Shown in pieces: positions 40,329 to 53,417 of a stretch of DNA of 64,000 nt. The DNA is taken from contig NW_026781614.1 in the NCBI RefSeq assembly GCF_030144855.1, positions 1 through 64,000 of the forward strand, in the 5' to 3' direction. Under the pieces are notes generated by a model. It was not told the DNA's origin, did no database searches, and saw only the letters and a program-made list of their open reading frames with translations. Positions within the stretch are counted from its first letter, which is position 1; the number at the start of each line of letters is the position of its first letter. This stretch comes from Hypanus sabinus (taxonomy: Eukaryota). Position numbers and translations under genes: made by a program.

Positions 40329-41236
40329 TGAATTTAGCAGCGATTATGATCCTGTCCCAGGGAAAGTGCGGCCTCTCTACCTGCACCACTCGCTACCTGG
40401 TGGCCATGGCAGCGGGGGATCTACTGACCGTAGTCATAGAGATCCTTTTGCGTCAAGTCTTACGATATTATTTTCCGTGGAATTTTCTGAGGATTACCCC
40501 TGTGTGCAAGGTTATGGAGGTACTGAGGCACACAGACACATACTGTTCTGTCTGGTTCACCGTCACCTTCACTTTCGATCGGTTTGTCGCCATCTGCTGT
40601 CAGAAGCTGAAAACAAAATATTGCACCGGGAAAACTGCGGCTGTGGTTCTGTCAACGGCTGGCGTGCTGTCCTTTCTGAGAAGCTTTCCCCGCTACTTCC
40701 TCTGGGTACCCAGAGAGATAATCAACAATGTACCGTGGTTCTGTGAACTCACAGCCAATACTTACACAGACCTCGGGTGGGTAGTATACGATTGGCTCGA
40801 TATAGTTTTAAATCCGCACATCCCGTTCATTGTGATTCTGCTGCTAAACGCTCTGACGGTCAGGCACATTCTTGTGGCCAGTCGTGTCCGTAAGGGGCAG
40901 AGGGGTCAAAGCAAGGGGGAGAACAGCAGGGACCCGGAGATGGAGAGCCGAAGGAGGTCTGTGGTTTTACTCTTCACCCTCTCCGGCAGCTTCATCCTCC
41001 TGTGGATAACGAACGTTGTAAATTCCATGTATTATGAGATCAAAGGAATAGGATTCAACTTCAATGATTCTGAATGGATCTTTCACATGGTTGGAGCCTT
41101 GCTGAAGAATTTCAGCTGCTGCACGAACACATTTATTTACGCGGTGACTCAGTCGAAGTTCAGGAAGCAGGTGATCAGCGCGGTGAAATACCCGTTCACC
41201 TCGGTGTTTCAGTCGATCAATAAAGCCGCGCACTGA
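40329..41236 (+). CDS. Locus D exon 2: intact GPR139-like exon with no own exon 1
   Basis: Acceptor ctctccctcag|TGAAT, intact 908-nt frame. Upstream intron homology stops at ~39485 against a Gypsy fragment. Confidence 0.8.
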
Positions 41237-44200
41237 GCGGAGCCGACAGGTGGCAGCTATGTCACCTGTCCAGGCCCCAGATCCTCATATGAAGCGCCGA
41301 TATCCCTTGTTCTATTTCCGGGAGGTGTGTGTGTGTGTCCGTGTGTGTGTGTGTGTGTGTATGTGTGTGAATGAGAGAGAGCGGAATGTGGTTATTTTGA
41401 AAGAGTGTCGAAAAGTTTAACGACGTTGTTGCCAGGTGGAGGGAGGCTGTGGGGGTACGATTGACCGGGCTGTGGCTTTCACGCTCTACTGGAGTGACCT
41501 GCTTTGTTTCACAGCGGGGCTGCATATGGAAAAGTGGATGAGGGCTCAGTTAATATATGCTTGTACGATTTTTTCAATAAAACGAGTCCGAGTCGTTTCA
41601 ATTGTTTAACAAAAGCCGCAGCGCTTTGTTTCCATTATGGAGAAACCAAATACAGTCGCTTTACACTCTCTTCGCTTGATCAGGCCTCACCTCGGAAAGC
41701 GAACACAATTCTATGACGGATTTTGTGAATGATGTCGAGCATTTCCGCCTACGAACAGCTTTTGTCATATGCCCCACTTTACATTGCCCCACAAATGTCT
41801 CATGATAGTGGGACTTATTGCGACGGAGGGGACAATCATTGTTACTTCGCGCTCATATTTGAGATCAGAGCACAGTTACTATCCAGTCTCCTCCTGACTC
41901 GAGTCCTCCCGTCCCGGAAACAAAAGACCTGAATCCTTACCGCGCCTGTCTGGGTTAATTCCGTCCTCTCTGAGGCGGGCGACACGGTTCTCCCGCTGTG
42001 GTCTGGGTTAATTACGTCCTTTCTGAGGCGGCGACCAGAGATCCACACGGTTCTCCAGCTGTGGTCTCACCAAACCAGAAAGGGACAGAACGGGAACAGG
42101 CCGGTCTGCTCAGTGCGTTGCTCTGACCCAGTTGAAATGTTAATGTAATGCTCAGCTGAACCAGTCCCATCTGCCCGCAGAAGGTCCACATCCCTCCATT
42201 TGCACAATATGCATGTGGATTGCAATATTCACCATCGCCTCTGCCTGCGCATTCAGTCCAGGCACTCACCATTATGAGTATGGAAAAAAAAGACGTGCAA
42301 CGCATATCTCCCGAAAACTATGTTCAGGTTTAACATTACTCTGTTATTCAGGTTGTTGTTTTTTTTTCCGCGTCAGTCTCGGGGAAAGAAACAAAATGAC
42401 TCTAATCTAAAAAGAAATTTCCCTGCTGTCAGAGTGCATGAACAAACCTTCACTATTCTGCCGGCACACAAACTTATTTTAAATTAGTCTAAGTACAAGG
42501 GCACGAGGTCGCGCCTGGACTCATAAAGAGCATTAAGCGGGAAATGTTTCCAGCGCCTGGCGGGATTTATTGCACATTATTCAGAGAGAGGAGATTGGTA
42601 TACTGGCTATATGACCAATATATTCGGGTTCGCCAAACCCCACTCCCCTCGGAAATCAAAAGGGAAATAAATGGATGAAAAACACGGAACATAGAAATAT
42701 TTGTGAAACCACAAGCCACACTCCATAAACGCCATTATGTCCAATCATAACGCGGAAACATCTTCATTCGTCAACGAAAAGTGAGACATCACAGCATAAC
42801 CCGACGCTCCTGGAGCAGCGAGAGGCGTGGCAGTCTCAATTTAATTGACAAGGTTAAATAGAAGACCCCGGTAATGATCCGCCCTAGTTGAGATAACAAT
42901 TAGTCAATACAGGCGCCAGAGAAACGGAGAAGCCCAACGCTCTTCGACACGTGGCAGAGGCCAGGAACGGTAGGTGGCGCTGTGTCCACGGCAAAATCTG
43001 CCGGGATCTTATTGCAGGGCGGAGCAGGATCGTCAGGTCAGATGACCAACTCCTGCTCTGATTATTCCGTTTATTATGGAAAGGAGTAAGAGGAGAGAAA
43101 GAGGGAGGCTGGGGGCATACAGAGGGCAGAGATAGGAAGAGATACTGATATCTTCGGAGGAGATCGACACAGAGGAAAAAGAGAAAGAGAATCAGCCGAT
43201 CAGGTCCTGGGACAGCAGAGAGAACTCTGCAGATTAACGACACCAAACCGCTCAGCAGTAAACCGTACCCTCCACATCTTACCACCTCATGCAGCCCCTC
43301 CGCACAGGAAACACTGGCCACCCCAATAAGTTAACCGCCAGCATCGAAGGGAAAAGGAAAAGGACCCAACTGTACCAATGCTATTTTATTAGAGCGAGGC
43401 TTTTGCAATCGAACAGCCATGTGATGCGGGATTTCAACGAGCTGTAATGGCGGGGGAGGGGTCTTAGTGAATGAACCCTTGCGACTCTACTGACCGAATC
43501 GAATCAATGCAGTTTTATTTCAGCGACGTTTCTGCAGTCAACGAGCTGTGATAGTGGAAATGGTGTGGGGGGTGTGGGGAGGGCGGAGTACTGACAGAAC
43601 CCGTGTAATCCTATTCGCTGGAATGATGAGTCAGAGCTGATTAGGAAAGCAGTATGGCCAGTGCAGCTTAATCCTTCCCTCAAACCTCCGATGAAGGGTC
43701 GGTTTGGAAGTGGGCATTTTTCGATGCACAGTGAGATCCAGTAGATAATCCTCACGCTGATCATGAACCACCTGGGTGAGTGGGGCGTCTAATCAATAGC
43801 CCGTCGTGTATCCCTCCCCCCACCCCCGTGTTACAGCCGACTGATTATCGGAGGGGTGTGCGAGCACGGGCCGATGGTGCTGGGAGTTCAGGATCTATTT
43901 GTTGGGAGATCCGCGGAGAGGGGGCGGTAGTTGAAGCAGAGCGAGGTCGATGGGATGGTGAGATTGGGGCGGGTCCTCACTCTCTCCGGATGAGGGGAAC
44001 CTAAGGGACACCCCTCATGTAGTTTCCATCGTGCGAGCAGGGGCGGCTCTCCACAACCTGGAGGCTGTTTTGGGTGTCTCTGATATCAGTATGTGATGCA
44101 GGGAGCGGAGAAGAGTTAGTGAGTGATTGTCATTACATCGCCCCTCCACACATCCTCCACCCACTTCTGCACCACTCCCCATCTCCGTCGCCCCTCCCTT

Positions 44201-44924
44201 CACAATGACTCACTCGGACTCCCAGAACTCCTCTCTCCAGGAAGGAGATCCGCGCCTCCGTCATCCCTCCATTTGCTCTGCACTTTAGTGTGTTGGGCGC
44301 ACCTTCCCTCCCCTGAACAGCTCCCCTGTACCCTACACCGTCTCCGGCAACCAGTATCTACCCACTTTAGTGATGTCCAGTTTCTCGGTCTACGTCAACC
44401 TTCCCTCCACTAAACTCATCCCACCCTGTCACCCCTTCCTGACCAAGTGTCTATCCCACCTCCGTTAACCACTCCCTCTTCAATACCCCAACGAAACCTC
44501 GTCAGCCACTCTCGCTCCTCCACACATCCCCGAATCATTGGCCGTCTCTTTGCTCATCCCCCTCCTTCCCCTACACCCCACACCGTCTTCGCCAACTCCC
44601 CTCCCCTACACACGTCCACGTGTCCATTACTGCGTCCTTGGCCAACATCTCTCCCGTCTCCGTCAGCTCATCCTCCGCCCACACCCCTCATAAATTTGTG
44701 ACGCTCCTCTGTGCGGACATTGCCTTGATCAGGATTCATGGTGCCGAATCTTCCGACTGACGAAGATTCATCGCCTGACAGTTACAGATTGAAGGTCCTC
44801 TCCACGACAGGCTTCACGGCAGGACAGTGGGGCGCAGAGCCGAAACAGCGTGGAAGCTGCAGAGACCGGGAGCGAGAACAGGAACAATCGTGTCAAGTGT
44901 CGGCCAGGATTAGAAATCGGGCCG

Positions 44925-45390
44925 CCGTGATCCAGGCCCGGGAGCTGGGAGTGTGTTTCCGAGAGGGAGGAACGGCCCGAGGTTTGGATGGTAGAGGTCC
45001 GGGTTTCGGGACCGGCGACGAAGGGCTCAGCTCGCCGCTCGGCCAGGCTTACTGGTCCCTGGGCTGAACTCAGATTACCGTGATCCAGGCCCGGGAGCTG
45101 GGAGTGTGTTTCCGAGAGGGAGGAACGGCCCGAGGTTTGGATGGTAGAGGTCCGGGTTTCGGGACCGGTGACGAAGGGCTCAGCTCGCCGCTCCGCCAGG
45201 TTTACTGGTCCCTGGGCTGAGCTCAGATTACCGTGATCCAGGCCCGGGAGCTGGGAGTGGGTTTCCGAGAGCGAGGAACAGCCCGAGGTTTGGATGGAAG
45301 AGGTCCGGGTTTCGGGACCGGTGACGAAGGGCTCTGCTCGCCGCTCGGCCAGGTTTACTGGTCCCTGGGCTGAACTCAGATTACCGTGAT
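44925..45390 (+). repeat. 153-bp tandem repeat, 3 near-identical copies
   Basis: CCGTGATCCAGGCCCGGG at 44925, 45078 and 45231; partial copy at 45384. Confidence 0.95.
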
Positions 45391-45584
45391 CACAGCTCCG
45401 TGGCGACGGACGCTCGGGGTCTTCAGATGTTTGGTTATTCCTGCTGTTTGCCCGGATTGTGTGTTTTTCTCTTTGCTCTTTCTGTGTTCGTCCATCTTTT
45501 CACTTCTTTATTTTGTGGCTGCCTGCTGAGAGAGGAACTCAAAAATAAACGAACTTGGACTTCGACTTTGAAACACCACCGGAG

Positions 45585-48500
45585 GAGAACAACAGAGAAA
45601 AACTACAGCACACTCCAGGCCCTTCGGCCCACAAGCTGTGTCGAACACGTACTGACTTTACAAATTACCTCGGGTTACCTGCAGCACGCTATCTTTGTAA
45701 GCTCCATGTACCAAAACAAGAGTCTCTAAAAAGATCCTATCGCATCCGGGTCCACCATCACTCTGTGAGTCAAACGTTTACCCCTGACATCTCCTCTGTC
45801 CCTACTCCCCAGCACCTTAAAACTGTGCCCTCTCGTGCTAGCCATTTCAGCCCTCGGAAAGAGCCTCTGTCTATCCACACGATCGATGCCTCTCATCATC
45901 TTATACATCTCTCATCCTCCACCGCTCTAAGGAGAAAAGACCACGTTCACTCAACCTATTCCTGTAAGGGATGCCAATCCGGGCAACAACCTGGTAAACC
46001 TCCTCTTCACCTTTTCATATAGTTTTCACATCTTTCCTGGTGTGAGGTGAATAGTACTGAGCACAGTACTCCAAGTTGGGTCTGACCAGAGTCTTAAATA
46101 GCTGTAACATTACCTGTCGGCTCTTAAACTCAATCCCACCGTTGATGAAGGCCAATGCACCGTCTGCCTTCTTAACCACAGAGTCAACCTGCGCAGCAGC
46201 TTTGAGTATTCTATGGACTCTGACCCCAATATCCCGCTGATCCTCCACACTGCCAATATACTTACCATTAATGCTATTTATCATCACATTTGACCGACCA
46301 AACTGAACCATGTTACACTTATCTGGGTTGAGCACCATCTGGTAATTCTCAGACCAGTTTTACATCCTATCAATATCCCGCTGTTACCTCTGACAACCGT
46401 CCAGACTATCCATAACACCCACAACCTTTGTGTCATCAGCAAACTTGTGAATCCATCCCTCCACTTCCTCACCCAAGTAATTTATAAAACACGCAAAAGG
46501 ACTGGTACACAGAACACAGAGAGACAGTTCTCAACACAAGGTAACGGCAAACGGCCGGACCTAACCAGCGCAGGCGAGGACACAGAGACGGTTCCCAACA
46601 TAATGTAGCAACAAACGGCTGAACCTACCCATCGAATGCATGGACACAAAGAGTCAGTTCCAAACCACAAAAGTCAGTTCCTCTTCGAGACACTTCAAGG
46701 CTCCGGTCTTGCTCAGGCAGTAGGACTTGACAGCGATACAGACAAAGTTGCAGGCAAGGCTTCATAAGGAAGGGGATCGAAAGGGAACAGTCCTACAAAT
46801 GAAGCTGACCCAGGAGCTATTTATGTATCCAGCCCAAACTGAGATTCAGTTGCCTCGATTAGAGCACCAAGCAGAATGAGGGAATACCGGAAAACTCGGA
46901 ATAACGATGAGCCGGACCGTGAACCGGAATGTGGTCTTCACGGACCGGATGATGACACTGTTCCCAATTTATGCTTTCAAGCTTTGCTTGATAGGTTTAT
47001 AGTTCCGCTTACTTCAGTTAAACTCTTTCCTAATTTGTCTGTTCCTATCGCTCTCCAATGCTATGGTAAAGGAGATAGAGTTGTGATCATTATCTCCAAA
47101 ATGCTCACCCACTGAGAGATCTGACACCTGACTAGGTAAATTTTTCGATACCAGATCAAGTATAGCCTTCCCTGTTGTAGACCTATCTACATATCGTGTC
47201 AAGAAACCTTCTTGAACACACCTAACAAAATCCAGCCCATCTGATCCCCTCACTCTAGGGTCTTGCCAATCCATATTTGGGAAATTAAAATCTCCCACCA
47301 CGACAATCCTGTTACTATTACACCTTTCCAGAATCTGTCTCCCGATCTGCTCCTCGATGTTCCTGTTACTGATGGGTGGTCTATAAAAAACACCCAGTGA
47401 AGTTATAGACCCTTTCCTGTTTCTAACGTCCAGCCACAGAGATTTCGTAGACAATTCCTCCATGTCTTCCTCCTTTCCTACGGCCGTATCACTATCTCTG
47501 ATCAACAGTGCCATGCCCCACGTCCTTTGCCTCCCTTCCCGTCCTTTCTGAAAAAATCCTGAATCTAAATCTAAACTCTGAAGTCTGCAATGGACACAAC
47601 ATCATAGCTCCAAGTACTGATAGACGGCTAAAGCTCAACCACTTTGTTTCTGATGCGACTTGCATTAAAATAAGCACATCTCAGACCATCAATCTGAGCG
47701 CGTCCCTTCTCGATCAGCTGGCTATCCTCCCTCTCGCACTGTCTCAAAACTTCCTCTATCTGTGAGCCATCTGCCCCTTCCTTCAGTTTGCTCCCACCCC
47801 CATTGATCCCAGTTTAAACTCGCCTCAATAACCTTGGCAAATCTCCCTGCCAGGTTATTGGTCCCCCTGGGAATCAAATGCAACCCGTCCTTTTTGTACA
47901 GGTCACTCATGCCCCCCAAAAAGTGCCAGTGATCCAGAAATCTGAATCTCTTCCTCTTGCTCCAATCCCTCAGCCTCGCATTTATCCTCCTCCTCACTCT
48001 ATTTCTATACTCACTGTCGCGTGGCACAGGCGACTACCTTTCTGCTTCTGCTTCTCAACATCCTTCTTAACTCCTTCTTGTGTGCTTTCAGAACATCCTC
48101 CCCTTTCCTGCCTATGTCGTTGGTACCAATATGTAACACGACCTCTGGCTGTTCTCCTTCCCAGTTCAGGATATCGTAGACACGATCAGAAACTTCGCCG
48201 ACCCTGGCATCTGGGAGGCAAACTACCACCCGAGTTTCTTCCCTGAGTGCAAAGAATCGCCTGTCTGCCCCACCCCCAACCCCCGGCAACTAGAGAGTAC
48301 CCAATCACGACGGACTTTCTCTTCCTTTCCCTACCTTTCTGAGTCACATGACCACCGTTGCTACCCCCAGGTAGGCCATCCCCCCAACAGTACTCAAACA
48401 GGAGTACTTATTATCAAAGTGTACAGCCACATGGGTACTCTCTAGCCTCTGACTCCGGCCCTTCCCGCTCCAGACTGTTACCCACTTATCGGTCTAGCCA

Positions 48501-48850
48501 GGGCCCGGAGTGACTACCTGTCCATAGCTTCTTTTCATCACCTCCTCACTCTCCCTGAACAGACGAAAGTAATCGAGATGCATCTCCAGTTCCCTAACGT
48601 GGTCCCTAAGGAGCTGAGTCTCCGGGACATCTCATATCTGACACCCGGTCCAGAAAACCCGACTCATAGACATACTTCTGGTTTCTATTCCTCACAGCTA
48701 ACGTACCCGTTATCGCTGAAGACCGAATGAGTCAAAGTCCTACCACTCTGCCTCAGATCATTGTGTCGATGACCGCTCTGCGAGGGAGTGTTTCCCTTCT
48801 CTGCCTGAACCTTGCCTGCTACTGAGCTCACGGTTTTTGCTCCGGTTATA
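45585..48850 (-). mobile_element. Long CR1 LINE (ORF1 SGNH-esterase, ORF2 endonuclease, RT end), internally deleted, with an LTR-like insert at ~46495-46957
   Basis: VCLPDARV..VLHIGTNDIGRK..KDGLHL (ORF1); GVFYRPP..VGDFNFP (endonuclease); VRPNLEYC (RT end). Confidence 0.88.
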
Positions 48851-49349
48851 AACGCTGATAGGCCACGCACATATTGTTTGGACCAGTCAGAGTTGAAAGA
48901 CACAGATACACAAGGCTGGAATGGACAGTACCACGAAACAATGCTGGTTGTAGCCCTGTACAATGACCAATACGAAGGTGACCCAGGTAGGTCAGGTGAC
49001 CTTGGGATGGAGACGCACCAGTTTAGTTAATTCGGACCGCAGGAAGAGTAGGGCCGATGAGCCTCAAGACACCAGAGATCAAGCATTGTCGATAAGGGGG
49101 ACCCCACGAGGAACGCCTGACCTGCGCAGTCTCCCTTCCCGGGCAATAGCATGTTTCTTCAGAGACTGCTCTGCGATGGTCAGGAATTCGAGTCGGGGGC
49201 ACACAGGGAGATAGCTTGCGAAGCCACGTGATTTTTAATGGAGGCAATAAAGTTACTTGTGGGCAAATGCAGATTCCCTGTGCTTCACTGACCATTATTA
49301 CAAGGTAAGATTCATGAAACAACACAGGATCCGTGGAGGTCTGGAGAGG

Positions 49350-50112
49350 CAAATGTGAAAGTGTAGCTGTATGTGTGCGTGTGTGTTTTTATCTGTGTTT
49401 CTAAGTAGGTGTGCGTATCAGTGTGTTGTGCACATGCGTGTGTCTTTTTATGTTTGTAAGTATTTGTGGCTGGGTGTTTTTCTGTCTGGGAGTCAGTATG
49501 TGTGTGTGTTTCTGTGTCTGCCTTTGTGTGATTGGTTGTGTCTGTGTGTAGCTGGTAGTTTGCGGGACTGTGTGTGGACGTGCGCGTTTGTGTGTGTGTT
49601 TGTGGGACTGTGTTTGTTCTCGTTGTGTGTCTCATCCTGTCTGTGTTTTTCCTTTCAGTTTCTTTGTATGTTTCTCTGTGTGTCTGTGTTGCGCTCTGTG
49701 ACTGTGCGATGGTGTATTCCAGTGCGTGATGGTGTGCGTATCTCGGTGTATGTGTGTCTGCATGTTCATGTGTTTATGCTGGTGCCTGTTGATATACGTG
49801 TGTGCGCGTGTGCACGCTGTGTATGTGCGCGCGCATCTGAGTTTCTGTGCGCGTTTGTTAGTTTGGGCGTGCATGTGTGCATCTGCGTCTGCCTCTGTAT
49901 GTTTTATTTGCCATTGTGAGTGAGCCCGTGTGTCTCTGAGTCTCTGTGTGTGTATGTCGAACTGTCTGTGTTCGGAGAGGTGTATGTGTCTTTGTCTGGT
50001 TATCTGTGTCTATGGTGTGTGTGTATGATGAGACCATGTGTTGGTGTTCACGTCTGTGTGTGTACTTGTGTGAGCGAGTGTTTCCGTGTGTGTCGGGGTT
50101 AATTTGTATGTA
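49350..50112. repeat. Degenerate (TG)n low-complexity tract
   Basis: Direct inspection. Confidence 0.9.
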
Positions 50113-51059
50113 TGAGGGAGGGAGATACATCAACAGCCATTCCACGTCGTACAAACAAGGATCCACACACCTCACTGTCCGGTTTGGTCCATTGTCTCTG
50201 CCTCCTCCTGTCTGACTGAACTCGTGTCCGTGTACACTGACTTCATTTTACCCGCCTCGGTAGAGTGCAATCCCGTCCACATCCATGTCTCTGCACATGG
50301 CATCGATCTCTTCAACAAATTAAAATCCCTGGAAACGATTGCTTCACTGGGCATGGCTGCCCATTACCGAAAAACAGCAACCTTCTCCACCGCCCCTCCC
50401 CACTAACCAAGAAGGTTTTAAAGAGCTCCGCTTCCTTCTCGACAACAGACGCAACGGGTTCCCCACCAACTCCCGTTATTCAGTCACAGAACACGACAAT
50501 AAAGAAACAGACGCTTTTGCTCCTTTCCACCGTCCCGAGACTCAGGACTGAAACAGGACCGTAGCCCAATCAGACTCCTCTTGTGCTTATCCAAACTCTT
50601 CTTCAATTCAGCCAAACCCACATCCACCAATTCCGCCGGCATCTCGTCCCGCTGTCGCGCCGCCCTCAGAGTGACCAACTTGCCCTCAGATTCCCCTGAA
50701 ATTTTACCTTTTTTACCCTAAACATGTGACCTCCTGTTCCCGTCCTACCCAACCTCACAGGAAAAATATCCTACCTGCATTTACCCTCTCAAAAGCGCTG
50801 AGAATGGGTGATACAACACGATTTCACAAGTAACAATCGCATAACACATTTCAATAATTTTGAGACTGACACATTTGATGGTTCAGACGCTGATGTTAAT
50901 TCGCACAGATGGTCAAAAAGATTCTGAGATGAGAGACACCAGAAGCCCAAGGTTACTGTTGTGAGAGTTGACACGTGTACGGGCAGGGGTTGAAGGTTGA
51001 AGGATCAGCTGCTGGGAGATTACATCCGTTCAGTGTGGCGATATGGTTCGCCTGCTCCT

Positions 51060-52212
51060 GTGAATACCTTTCTCAATTCTCGGTACGTGTCAGAGAAATA
51101 GAAGGCAGCAAGATTTCCTTTCTCAGAGCAAGCCTTTCTCTCAATGGCGACGAACGTAGACATGTTCCACACCCATGACAAAGTCTGGTACATTTCACCC
51201 GAACACAAACAAGCTGAGGACAGCTACTGGTCATCGGAAGTGAGATCTGCGGATGGTTACTGGAAATCGGGCGTGAGATCTGAGGATGGCTACTGGCAAT
51301 CAGGAGTGAGATCTGAGGATGTTTACTGGTAGTAGGGAGTGAGATCTGAGGACGGGTAGTGGCTATCCGGAGGGAGATCTGCGGATGGTTACTGGTAATC
51401 GGGAGTGAGATCTGAGGACTGTTACTGGAAAACGGGAGTGTGGTCTGAGGACGGTTACTGGAAAACGGGAGTGTGGTCTGAGGACGGTTACTGGAAAACG
51501 GGAGTGTGGTCTGAGGACGGTTACTGGAAAACGGGAGTGTCGTCTGAGGACGGTTACTGGAAAACGGGAGTGTGGTCTGAGGACTGTTACTGGAAAACGG
51601 GAGAGTGGTCTGAGGATGGTTACTGGTTATCGGGAGTGAGATCTGAGGATGTTTACTGGTAGTAGGGAGTGAGATCTGAGGACGGGTAGTGGCTATCCCG
51701 AGGGAGATCTGCGGATGGTTACTGGTAATCGGGAGTGTGGTCTGAGGACTGTTACTGGAAAACGGTAGTGTGGTCTGAGGATGGTTACTGATAATCGAGA
51801 GTGAGATCTGAAGATAGTTTCTCCTAAATTCAGTCGGTCTCCTGAACCGATGTCCAAGATTGGCATGACATAATATTAGGTGTTGATGTGGTTCTATTGG
51901 TGCTTGGAAAGGTATACCCTTTGTTGGAAAAAATGCCACTCGCTATTTACAACACTGAGTACCGTCATAATTTCCATTGTTCGCAGTTCCATAATTCATT
52001 CACTAAATTAACTATAGTGATGCACCGCGGGGATTCCACTTGTGTGATATAATCGGATCGAAAATAACTTAAACATCTGTAATTTTAAATTTGTTAAACT
52101 CGGTCCCTGTGGAGTCGCAAAATGGTATTAAAACCCTAGGCATATGCTGCCGCAGCACCCCATTCCGGGAGATCGCCTGTGGTACACGGGCACAAATCAC
52201 CGGCCAGAGAGG
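51060..52212 (+). promoter_or_regulatory. Shared upstream module of locus E, interrupted by a minisatellite
   Basis: Homologous to B and C on both sides of the 30-bp array. TATTAAAA at 52126. Confidence 0.45.
51212..51815 (+). repeat. 30-bp minisatellite, ~20 copies
   Basis: Unit CTGAGGAYGGTTACTGGWAAWCGGGAGTGWGRT-like. Confidence 0.95.
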
Positions 52213-52288
52213 ATGCCTGCATTGTTGGATAGGTTCTTGAGTGTCTATAAAGTATCGAACGTGTTCATTGCCGTCATCGGAGTTCCCG
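52213..52288 (+). CDS. Locus E exon 1 (MPALLDRFLSVYKVSNVFIAVIGVP+G)
   Basis: ATG at 52213, donor CCCG|gtgagt, homologous to B and C exon 1. Confidence 0.88.
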
Positions 52289-53237
52289 GTGAGTGAGCGG
52301 AGCAATTTGTATTTGGTATTTATTTGTGTTGACCGGTGTGAACTTGTTTATGGGAATTTTACGAGCTTCTCACTTGGTGATCACAGTTAGATCTCCGGGA
52401 AGGATGTGACTGCTTTTTTTAATGCCACCTTTTCCAGAGTTGAGGCAGTGCTGGGGACAGGGGCCTCCCGAGGAGGGTGTGATGAGGAGAGTTTTATTGG
52501 CAACGTTTCCAGCCCTCTCCCAGTATTTTTGACAGTCAGTTCCAGTCAGTTCTACGGCAAGCGGTGACTGTGAGAGATGCTGTCGGACTTTGCCCAGTGC
52601 TGGGGATAGGCCGCTCTCTGCGAAAGCGTGACGAGAAGATTTTGAGTGAAAGCGCCTTCCGGAGTTGTCCCGGGCTTGGTCCGGGCAGCTCCCCGGAGAG
52701 ATGTGTGTGGGAGAGGTTACGTTGCGAAGCTCACTGTTTCTGAGTGACTAATCTGATTGAACAGCTAGTCCTGTGTTTCACATTTCCCCCTGGAGTCTGT
52801 CACAGTCCGACTCCCTGCCTGCTGGTCAGCAGTTGGGTCTGAGCTCACGAATATGTGTCCACGGATCTACTGTCCTGTGTCAACGAATTGAACTGCGCGT
52901 GGAACTGATCCATTGCTGGGCACTCAGCATCTGATCACTAAGTTGTTGCTACATCCCCGCTAAACCGTACGAGTGTTTCCTCCAGAAATCTGTGGGTTTG
53001 CTTGCATCTCGATCCCTTTCCGGCCCGGTTCGCTGCTGAGTTTCCAGAGGCCCGGTTAGTCACGGTTCAATTTGTCAAAATGGACGCGTCGGCGACTGGA
53101 ATCGGTATTAGTTCCGATCGTTGTTATTCCCGAGGATTACCCACACATCGTCTTGTCTCCACTCTGAAGAAGGCAGGTTAAAGGTAATGTGACCCGCGAC
53201 GTTTGTTAGACAAGCAGCCTTTTCAAGAGAATATGTT

Positions 53238-53409
53238 NNNNNNNNNNNNNNNNNNNNNNNNNNNNNNNNNNNNNNNNNNNNNNNNNNNNNNNNNNNNNNN
53301 NNNNNNNNNNNNNNNNNNNNNNNNNNNNNNNNNNNNNNNNNNNNNNNNNNNNNNNNNNNNNNNNNNNNNNNNNNNNNNNNNNNNNNNNNNNNNNNNNNNN
53401 NNNNNNNNN
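53238..53409. other. Assembly gap in the 3' end of the locus E intron
   Basis: Run of N, 8 bp upstream of exon 2. Confidence 1.
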
Positions 53410-53417
53410 CTCTGCAG

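Noticed and set aside
51073-51939. 288-aa repeat protein (PQTTLPFSSN)
   Set aside because: Read-through of a 30-bp minisatellite that is absent from the paralogous modules.
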